Source of the DNA: Thermodesulfobacteriota bacterium
Lineage (GTDB): Bacteria > Desulfobacterota > Desulfobacteria > Desulfobacterales > JAUWMJ01
Direction: 5' to 3'
DNA: 64,000 bases
Assembly: GCA_034189135.1 (NCBI GenBank)
Contig: JAXHVO010000125.1
Coordinates: forward strand, 29,371-93,370
Program-made: the position numbers and the translations under genes
Notes under the pieces: generated by a model
Database searches by the model: none
What the model was told of the DNA's origin: nothing
What the model saw: the letters and a program-made list of their open reading frames with translations, nothing else
Shown here: one piece after another, positions 57,801 through 64,000 of the stretch
Position numbering within the stretch: position 1 is the stretch's first letter
Layout of the letters: the number at the start of each line of letters is the position of its first letter

Positions 57801-59358
57801 TCCAGGCCTGAAAAAAGATACATTGCACCCTCTCCTTGCTCTGATTTTTTACTATCAGTTTGCGTTTTATTATGGTCGGTCTCACGGAATAGGCCTGGGT
57901 GTTGCCCCAAGAAACCGTGCCAAATCCGTGACTGCCGGGCGGAGCCTGTTTAAAAAGAAAGACTCACCGGCCAAAGAACTTATTAAAATAAAAAATCTGA
58001 ATGAAAGATTGAAAACTGCAGCAGTCCTTCCCCATGACGTTGAGAAAATAAGCATCTGGGAAAAAAATGCACTTACCAAGAATTCAGAGCTATACTACCG
58101 GGAGATGCGCAGGCTGGCCAAAATAATTATAACAAATGACATGCCTGGTAAAATATGCAGCGGCTTTGATGAAAACGCCGAAAGGCTTGCATCTCATCTT
58201 TTCGATACCAATTCGGATATAGATGAAATCGTATTTGCGCCTATGGACAGGAGGTCGCAATCCACGGTAAAAAACACTGTAAATGTCTGGAGCCGCTTTA
58301 TGGAATATCCGGCAAGAATCATTTCACCTCAAGCACCACTCTCAGCATTTGGCTCAAATGTTCTTCTGTTTGCCATCGCATCTTCAGCCCCAGCGCAGAA
58401 ACGCCTGGCAAAACGACTGGAGACAGCCTCATGTCCTGTGTTTCGCCTGGAACCGGAAAAAAGCTTTTGTGAATGCCATTTAACTGCAAACAATGGTGGA
58501 AAGTTTCTGTTGAAAAACGGCTTTGAATATTCCCACAGCGATTCCCTGTACACCGCAATCAACTTTATTTTTATAGATACGTGGCGCAAGTTTTTCCCTG
58601 ATAAGGCTCAAATTATTGACGATCATTTCAAAAGAAGCGGTGAAACTGTGCTTGAGTTGCTGGAAAATTCGGCTCTTAAAACAAATTTAAAAAACTGCTT
58701 GGTCGCCAACAGGAAATATAAAACCATGTTCTATGTAGGGCCTCCTGTGGGAACAGGCTTGGCGTGGGTGAACAAGTTTGACCGGAGCGGCGTTATGCTA
58801 ATTGAGCAGCATTTGTTTGGAGAAAGTGCTCACGGCCCGATTGTAACCATCGATTCCAGGGTAGACAGTAAATTCGTTAGACTCGAAAACAGGAAAGAAA
58901 TGGTTTTAAAATTCGGCGAAAAAAAAGTGGTATCATGGGAAAACAAATACCTTTCCGGAAGAAAGATGGATGAATTTATTAAAACACCGCCCATCGATCT
59001 GTCCTACGAAGAAAAAACCCCTTTTTTTGTAGACGATATCTGGTATTTACCGGAACTTCAAACAGATTATGATGCAGCAAATGACAACCTCATTGTGATG
59101 GATGCTTGCTGGGAACGATATTTTGACCTGGCACTGGACGAGATATCCACCTTCGGTTGCAGGTATCCTAGGATGATTTTGATGACACAGCAGGCATTTC
59201 TGAACCAAAAGTCAAAAGATGCTCTTTACCGGTTTCCGTTAAGCAACACGATCCTTCTTCCCGAAACGCCCTCCGGCCCGATCCCGGAAATGCAACTCCC
59301 ATTTGTGATGAATATAATCGGCGAGGAGTTGGCCGCTTGCGCTCACGTGCAAAAATAG
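54814..59358 (+). CDS. Giant (1514 aa) GlmS-like protein: class-II (Ntn) glutamine amidotransferase domain with a large insertion, followed by multiple SIS domains
   Basis: MCGIVGYFG (Cys1 nucleophile), YRAPDSTGLAI, ISHGRWAVQ..NAHPF (about residue 370), VVINGQFDG, SIS motifs at about residue 716 (LAGTGSAFYMCE) and about residue 1337 (ESAHGPIVTID), and an internal PRNRAKSVT at 1032-1040. A strong RBS (AAGGAGG) lies upstream. Confidence 0.8.
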   Translation: MCGIVGYFGGAGNNLTRLLTGMSAIIYRAPDSTGLAIFGDETEPIRTRKSVGSVEKLVEELLANEVYQNYENELISVWSDGTDDIKMLEHQRRLIAFEGLPSDLFETAVKAEFSYPTYDDLVDLNTDRPFRLTPGQPGRPYFNPSHFIRSRKDLKKFVIRLIKEYDLSPVVIREIIRKPLMNMIESQKADGRIHTKPADIIATFDRVFESILSQKETITPGPTGLKRFLENPLALKSLWRCLPETAIEISQDYNRDAVCCMFRLLDSTLLTKMAYRTDVIESLEKILDYSWPRYDRPNMVDWKSLYRAEKGVNVYGWAAASALTYMQKEDFLAEMLSGLSGSDIMTETSTVPGQTDPVSLRYFTQPVISHGRWAVQSAVNMKNAHPFLDEKRYRSVVINGQFDGKTEDSLRKFISKVGKLSFRSENSAEYFPLLWGYYFKQLSEAKQRYSAVLTQVENDLQEYGIGSDTIDYSIHSSVMNKNTAALDEAAFIEAAKQIAKNEGQVAACGMSILSPRRLYVAAHNRPVFVVRRLENDDFMVVSDINAALGLFPQQLIFDQRNELNRMKHDYNIKAALLTGSDTGWKNLKALKESFKKDKAHILEAFSVEVFTLDGEEIFARIETQIADGNVCRGIEITDFAGTPLPEIEPFKTFLNPVQVKKDLDKSFYETHLREIPDRLSEILKTYAPREDRAPDFEIKKSILRRRFGSDLKNLKRIVLAGTGSAFYMCEIAKNFIHSLMPELDVLAVRPGEIENPENLFVPEKDLVILLSWSSTTADMVFLAKKLLSLKVVMICITEKTYADMAIVVAKSGGVIPCLSEEEVTVSGVKSTVCMLFCLKLFCLWVASYIGRKEEALSYLKKMYRVPHIISNLLQDEDVKAFSKDLADEKTKSSASIVISAINTNGVGREAALKLEESTWSAVGKALDYQEVLNTGFPDTKENILVMVDATCMKRLDEAIEVMELLYHKKIKFTAVCLAWKAEEQIRRLSDGKCIFLPGLKKDTLHPLLALIFYYQFAFYYGRSHGIGLGVAPRNRAKSVTAGRSLFKKKDSPAKELIKIKNLNERLKTAAVLPHDVEKISIWEKNALTKNSELYYREMRRLAKIIITNDMPGKICSGFDENAERLASHLFDTNSDIDEIVFAPMDRRSQSTVKNTVNVWSRFMEYPARIISPQAPLSAFGSNVLLFAIASSAPAQKRLAKRLETASCPVFRLEPEKSFCECHLTANNGGKFLLKNGFEYSHSDSLYTAINFIFIDTWRKFFPDKAQIIDDHFKRSGETVLELLENSALKTNLKNCLVANRKYKTMFYVGPPVGTGLAWVNKFDRSGVMLIEQHLFGESAHGPIVTIDSRVDSKFVRLENRKEMVLKFGEKKVVSWENKYLSGRKMDEFIKTPPIDLSYEEKTPFFVDDIWYLPELQTDYDAANDNLIVMDACWERYFDLALDEISTFGCRYPRMILMTQQAFLNQKSKDALYRFPLSNTILLPETPSGPIPEMQLPFVMNIIGEELAACAHVQK

Positions 59359-59404
59359 GTGCTGTTTTATTATTCAAATTTTTTTTAAAATATTCCAAAA
59401 ATGA

Positions 59405-59449
59405 TTGACACGCATTATTATTTTAGTTACATTATAGCTACATTATAGT
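59405..59449 (+). promoter_or_regulatory. Candidate promoter (TTGACA-17 nt-TACATT) with a tandem 11-bp direct repeat TACATTATAG(C/T) overlapping the -10, upstream of had
   Basis: TTGACA at 59405-59410 and TACATT at 59428-59433. The repeat units lie at 59428-59437 and 59439-59448. Confidence 0.35.
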
Positions 59450-59690
59450 TTTAATTTAAATTATAACATAAATATCAATATGTTGTATAGAATTCATTTT
59501 CAGCATCAAAGGGCACATACACAATTAATCCCATGGTCATGACAAACAGCCGATAGTCTAAAACTCAGGACTAAAAAGCTCAACAGCAAAAACTTCGCAT
59601 CATCTCATAAGCTTACCGGCTTAATATATAATCTGACAATAGAGAGTCACACGTTTAATAAATTAACAATAAAAAGCAAGGAGGTATAAA

Positions 59691-60797
59691 ATGGCAGAAG
59701 TACCGGAAAAGATTATGACCTGGCAGATGGTTCAGCCGACATCTCGTGACAGGGAAACCAAAGAAGTCACCCCCGGAAAAATCGAAAAAACGGAAATACC
59801 CGTACCGGAATTAAAGCAAGGCGAAGTTCTGGTGGAAGTTGCCGGATGTGGTGTGTGTCACACCGACCTGGGGTACTTTTATGATGGCGTTCCCACTGTT
59901 TCAAAACCGCCCCTGACACTGGGCCATGAAATTTCAGGAACCGTGGTGGCAGGCGATGAAAAGTGGATGGGAAAAGAGGTGATCATTCCTGCAGTGATGC
60001 CATGCAGGCAGTGCATTTTTTGCAAAACAGGACGGGGCAACAGATGCCTTGCTCAAAAAATGCCAGGCAACAGCCTGGGGCTTTATGGCGGATTCTCCAG
60101 CCATATTCCGGTGCCGAGCGTTGATCTTTGCGAAGTCAAAAACAGAGGTGATGTACCGCTGTCTCACCTCGCAGTTGTTGCCGATGCTGCCACCACCCCT
60201 TACCAGGCAGCCAAAAGAGCCGATTTACAGCCCGGAGACAATGTGATTGTAGTGGGTATCACCGGCGGCGTGGGTCAATACATGGGGCAGGTCGCCAAAG
60301 CACTGGGCGCAAAAACCGTTATCGGAATCGCAAGAAATCAGGAGAAACTGGACAAGGCACTTAATTTTGGAGCAGATTTTTGCATCAACTCCACCGACAA
60401 AGATGCAAGAGCGGTATCCAAAGAGTTTAAAGGCTATTGTAAAGAGAACGGCCTGCCCGGTTTCGGCTGGAAGATCTTTGAGGTCACCGGCGCCAAAGGC
60501 GGTCAGGAAATTGCATTGAGCCTGCTTAGTTTTATCGGAAAGTTGATCATGGTGGGTTTCGGCATGGCAAAAACAGAATACATGATGGGCAAGCTGATGG
60601 CATTTGATGCGGATATTCTGGGAACCTGGGGATGCCTGCCCGAATACTATCCCATCGTTTTGGATATGGTGCTGACTAAGAAAATCGATATGGAAGCATT
60701 TGTTCAGACACGCCCGATGAGCACCATAGTGGAGACATTCGAAGAGGCCCATCGATCGTCACCCGACAAACGAATCGTGCTGACCCCTGATTTTTAG
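59691..60797 (+). CDS. had: 6-hydroxycyclohex-1-ene-1-carbonyl-CoA dehydrogenase-like Zn-dependent alcohol dehydrogenase
   Basis: 368 aa MDR/Zn-ADH (GVCHTDL, GHEISG, CRQCIFCKTGRGNRC structural Zn site, GITGGVG) lying immediately upstream of oah/bamA. Confidence 0.7.
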   Translation: MAEVPEKIMTWQMVQPTSRDRETKEVTPGKIEKTEIPVPELKQGEVLVEVAGCGVCHTDLGYFYDGVPTVSKPPLTLGHEISGTVVAGDEKWMGKEVIIPAVMPCRQCIFCKTGRGNRCLAQKMPGNSLGLYGGFSSHIPVPSVDLCEVKNRGDVPLSHLAVVADAATTPYQAAKRADLQPGDNVIVVGITGGVGQYMGQVAKALGAKTVIGIARNQEKLDKALNFGADFCINSTDKDARAVSKEFKGYCKENGLPGFGWKIFEVTGAKGGQEIALSLLSFIGKLIMVGFGMAKTEYMMGKLMAFDADILGTWGCLPEYYPIVLDMVLTKKIDMEAFVQTRPMSTIVETFEEAHRSSPDKRIVLTPDF

Positions 60798-60861
60798 ATG
60801 CGGTCCGTTGATAATGGACCAAAATCATTAACAAATAAAATTAAAAAAAGGAGATTAAAAC

Positions 60862-61998
60862 ATGTCTTTAGAATGGATGCCAAGAGATAACGAAAAAAAA
60901 GATCACGCATTGCATACCGATGTGCACTGGGGAACGGAGGCTCCCACTGTTGTTTATGAAAAGCGCCCTTTAACTGATCCTAAAGGAAACGTGGTGGAAG
61001 GGCTGTATGTATCATGGATTCGTCTGAACAATCCCAAACAGTATAACTCTTATACCACAGAGATGGTAAAAGGGGTGATTGCCGGTTTTGAGAATGCGTC
61101 CTTAGACAGAAGTGTAGTCGCAGCCGTATTTACCGGTACCGGTCCTTATGCATTCTGCACCGGAGGCAATACCAAAGAGTACAGTGAGTTTTACAGCTTG
61201 AGATCCGACGAATACGGCCAGTATATGGAGCTTTTTAACCATATGGTTGACAGTATTCTCGCCTGTAAAAAACCGGTGATTTGTCGTGTCAATGGAATGA
61301 GGGTGGCCGGCGGTCAGGAAATCGGAATGGCCTGTGACCTTGCGATTTCATCTGACCTGGCTATTTTCGGTCAGGCCGGTCCCAGACACGGGTCTGCCCC
61401 TGACGGCGGCTCGTCAGATTTCCTTCCCTGGTATCTGGGTATTGAAGATGCCATGTGGAACTGTGTGTCCTGCGAAATGTGGTCTGCCTATAAAATGAAA
61501 ATGAAAAACCTGATCAGCAAATGTGTACCAGTGCTGAAAATAGACGGTAAATGGGTACGAAATCCCATGATCGAAACAGACAAGTATATCGAAGACGGAG
61601 AAATCGTTTACGGTGAGTACAAAACAGGGGATGCATTTAAAGAAGCCCGGGCTATTATCAAAGAGCATCAGCCCAATGCGGATTTTGAACTTCTGGACAA
61701 AGAAGTGGATAAAGTCGTCTGGACCTTTGCCAATCTTTTTCCCGGATGCCTGATCAAGTCCATCGACAGCATTCGCGCCAAGAAGAAATTCTTCTGGGAT
61801 TACTCCAAGAATTACAACCGGCACTGGCTGGCTGCTAACATGGGCGGCGAGGCCTTCCTTGGCTTTGGTGCTTTCAATACCAAGAGAATTACCGGTCAGG
61901 ATAAAATCGATTTTCTTAAGTTCCGTCAAAATATTGCCGAATGCAAAACATGGGATATGGATATGTTTGCGGACGTTTTGGGAAAACCGAAAGAATAG
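60862..61998 (+). CDS. oah: 6-oxocyclohex-1-ene-1-carbonyl-CoA hydrolase (ring-cleaving, BamA/Oah)
   Basis: 378-aa crotonase-superfamily protein containing QYNSYTTEMV and FGQAGPRHGS. These are the peptide blocks targeted by the commonly used bamA marker-gene primers. Confidence 0.85.
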   Translation: MSLEWMPRDNEKKDHALHTDVHWGTEAPTVVYEKRPLTDPKGNVVEGLYVSWIRLNNPKQYNSYTTEMVKGVIAGFENASLDRSVVAAVFTGTGPYAFCTGGNTKEYSEFYSLRSDEYGQYMELFNHMVDSILACKKPVICRVNGMRVAGGQEIGMACDLAISSDLAIFGQAGPRHGSAPDGGSSDFLPWYLGIEDAMWNCVSCEMWSAYKMKMKNLISKCVPVLKIDGKWVRNPMIETDKYIEDGEIVYGEYKTGDAFKEARAIIKEHQPNADFELLDKEVDKVVWTFANLFPGCLIKSIDSIRAKKKFFWDYSKNYNRHWLAANMGGEAFLGFGAFNTKRITGQDKIDFLKFRQNIAECKTWDMDMFADVLGKPKE

Positions 61999-62027
61999 CT
62001 TCTCGTTAAACTATTTAGCAATACATA

Positions 62028-62073
62028 TGGCGGGTTTGGTCTCCACTAACGGAGGCCGCCTGCCATTTTTTTT
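62028..62073 (+). terminator. Rho-independent terminator after oah
   Basis: tggcgggtttggtctcc-actaac-ggaggccgcctgcca forms an approximately 15-bp stem with a small bulge, followed by an 8-nt T-run. Confidence 0.75.
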
Positions 62074-62152
62074 ATCTTAAAAAATCGCTTGGTTGGGTCA
62101 AGCTGGAGATACTGGGCGATGACTGAACAACCTTAAAAGGTATTGTAGTTTT

Positions 62153-62489
62153 TGAACGTCGAACATCGAACGTTGAACATCGAATACTGAAATCGTTTCG
62201 CTCCGCCAATTTATACCGTTTCTCATAAATATATTCCGTTTTAAACGATGAAAAACTCGTATATAAGAAATCGTAAAGAAAGAACTAACTGTCTTTATAA
62301 TAATTAATTTCGGTATTACAACTACTTCAAATAATAAACAATATTTCACTTAAGTTCTTTCTTAACGATTTCTAATACACTCAGACAGTTTCCTCATTTA
62401 AAACGGAACATATTTATGAGAATTACTATATACATTGGCAGAATACCTTATTCAAAATTCGATGTTGGGCGTTCGATGTTGAATGTTCA
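62153..62489. repeat. About 340-nt nested palindromic element (family C outer arms, long near-perfect inner inverted repeats)
   Basis: Outer arms tgaacgtcgaacatcgaacgttgaacatcgaat / attcgatgttgggcgttcgatgttgaatgttca. Inner inverted repeats 62220-62245 / 62397-62422 match at 25 of 26, and 62266-62288 / 62350-62373 also pair. Confidence 0.75.
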
Positions 62490-62490
62490 T

Positions 62491-63846
62491 TTATTTGCCC
62501 TTATTTAATTTTAAACTTTCTATCTTAAAAAAAGATTCATCAAACTCAGGCCTGTCTTTATATCGGGCCATAAAAAATCCGGGCAGTTGTTCCAGGGTCT
62601 CTTTTTCAAACATTTTGGGATCTGCATCAATCCCTGCTTTTCGAAGCGCGTTCAGGATGTCCTTTGGCTTAGGCGGGCACCCTTTTACTTCTATCGCTTC
62701 CCCTATGTCCGGGTGATTCCGGTTCGCCTTGCACATACATTTTCCCAAAAGAATGGTCTTTTTTCTTTTTGAAGGTTTCATGATCTTCCCGGTAAGAATC
62801 TCCACATCATCCCAGGGGGTTCCCTTCCATGCAAAACGTATGGCAGACAGAACCAGGCCATTTATGCCGGAACAGTATGTACACATGGTTGAATCATATT
62901 TCCGGTAAAAGATGCCTGAAATACCCTGTTTCGCAAGGGGAACCGGCAGTGTGCAATCTTCATTCTCTGCATATTTAAAATCATACTCATGATAAGAGAC
63001 AAGAGGGTCTATTTCTTCTCCCGCAATGTCAATATCCGAAAGGTCTGTGGGCCGGCTGCGTTTTTTTGCTGCATGGACAATATGCGGGATATCCGCCGGT
63101 TCATACCCCAGTAACCTAGTTCCGACCATATCAGCAGAAAGAATATCTGAAGAAGCCACCAGTAGATTGCTGCGCCTCATTTTTCCGTCAAACCCGGGTC
63201 CTCGTTCAAGGGAGTATATGCCATCAATCAGGGTAAAAATCGGTGGAAGCTTATCCGAAAGCCTGGATACATGATAGTGCAGGTCCTTTTCAGGATCCGT
63301 GCCGTGACATTTTTTCCTGGAAGAGATATCAATGATTCCTTTAAGATTTTTTATACCCAGGCTCACCATCGTCTGGTTATGGGCTTTCATTACCGGAAGA
63401 TCCACAATAAAATCGCTATGTAAAATGTCCTTATTATAATTCAAAGTAAGCCCTTCTTCAATTTCGACTTTCTCAAAGGGTCGTTCAAATATATTGATAT
63501 ACTTTATGCCGTAACGGTTTTTCAATTTTTCATACCCGAGTGATTTAAATGCATGCGCCGGAGTATCTTTGTCACCCGGAGTCATGGTTACCATACCTTC
63601 ACCAATGGTAATGTCTTTTATTCCGTGCTCCTTTAAAAGCACCACCATATCCTCAACAACCCTTGAAGTTGTGATGACCCCCCACTTGGGAAATTGAACG
63701 GCTTTAGCCCAAAAGACAATATTGGGTTTTATAAACACCCGTGCATTTGAAGATAAATCCTCCAAACCACCTGAAAGCTCTACCGCCTTACGTACAGATT
63801 CAAGTGGCGATTCATAGCGTACCACTGCAACCCGTGATTTTCTCAT
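62491..63846 (-). CDS. DUF362 domain-containing protein
   Basis: VFIKPNIVFW and LPVMKAHNQTMVSLGIKNLKG are typical DUF362 motifs. A Cys-rich C-terminal extension is present. Confidence 0.7.
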   Translation of the reverse strand: MRKSRVAVVRYESPLESVRKAVELSGGLEDLSSNARVFIKPNIVFWAKAVQFPKWGVITTSRVVEDMVVLLKEHGIKDITIGEGMVTMTPGDKDTPAHAFKSLGYEKLKNRYGIKYINIFERPFEKVEIEEGLTLNYNKDILHSDFIVDLPVMKAHNQTMVSLGIKNLKGIIDISSRKKCHGTDPEKDLHYHVSRLSDKLPPIFTLIDGIYSLERGPGFDGKMRRSNLLVASSDILSADMVGTRLLGYEPADIPHIVHAAKKRSRPTDLSDIDIAGEEIDPLVSYHEYDFKYAENEDCTLPVPLAKQGISGIFYRKYDSTMCTYCSGINGLVLSAIRFAWKGTPWDDVEILTGKIMKPSKRKKTILLGKCMCKANRNHPDIGEAIEVKGCPPKPKDILNALRKAGIDADPKMFEKETLEQLPGFFMARYKDRPEFDESFFKIESLKLNKGK

Positions 63847-63942
63847 ACTGTGACTCCTAAATTCGTAAAAAATTGATCTGTCTACGTGGTATGTTAAAGA
63901 TGCTTCTCTTCTATATTGGTTGATATAAAGGGCTCAATCTTA

Positions 63943-64000
63943 TAACTCGAGTTTCGCACCCCGGTTTGGCGGAAAGTAATGCTCTGACGGCACGTGAAAC
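63943..64000. mobile_element. MITE-like repeat, family B, copy 3 (truncated by the window end)
   Basis: taactcgagtttcgcacccc matches the family B terminal repeat. Confidence 0.5.

Noticed and set aside
62098-62349. 83-aa ORF on the minus strand
   Set aside because: It lies wholly within the nested palindromic repeat and contains the repeat-derived peptide FDVQRSMFDVQK. There is no RBS and no motif.

Overview
This is a gene-dense 64 kb chromosomal window with about 55 CDS and no rRNA, tRNA or CRISPR that I could see. Gene content suggests a strictly anaerobic, Desulfobacterales-like deltaproteobacterium, but that is inference and no database search was possible.

Gene order:
1. 2-7788: a xanthine-dehydrogenase-family molybdenum hydroxylase locus ordered large subunit (5' truncated), FAD subunit, 2Fe-2S subunit, second divergent large subunit, then a MoeA-like molybdopterin-binding protein and a YqeB-family maturation protein.
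2. 8037-10453: a saccharopine-dehydrogenase-family enzyme and a class III aminotransferase.
3. 10900-14823: TrpB2, a small Cys-rich ORF, a COG3910-type ATPase and trpD.
4. 15501-18985: a LivK-like binding protein and a hybrid sensor kinase.
5. 19118-20602: two unknown small genes and an isochorismatase-family hydrolase.
6. 20844-26759: a beta-oxidation-like cluster with a FadB-like fusion, a crotonase, a DUF35/thiolase pair and an SDR.
7. 27040-33723: a visibly AT-richer corrinoid methyltransferase module with a non-pyrrolysine MttB-family methyltransferase, a corrinoid protein, a methyl-THF methyltransferase, a RACo-type activase, a MetH-activation-domain protein and an RpiR regulator.
8. 33985-40891: a second, paralogous RpiR regulator and a complete soxBDAG heterotetrameric sarcosine-oxidase-like operon.
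9. 40972-51412: a Dpp/Opp-type ABC importer interrupted by a PrpD-family gene fragment, then an OpuC-type betaine/choline ABC importer.
10. 51467-63846: a ParB-fold protein, a metallophosphoesterase, a PrpD-family protein, a 1514-aa GlmS-like amidotransferase, had-oah(bamA) of the benzoyl-CoA pathway and a DUF362 protein.

Intergenic DNA holds at least four families of palindromic or MITE-like repeats.

Most interesting signals:
- The corrinoid demethylation module sits next to soxBDAG in an apparently anaerobic context.
- A 237-nt element occurs twice, and its 43-bp closing stem is preserved by compensatory changes.
- The giant GlmS-like protein is about 2.5 times the length of GlmS.
- The second Mo-hydroxylase large subunit lacks the canonical catalytic Glu.

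All functional calls rest on motifs read from the supplied translations.
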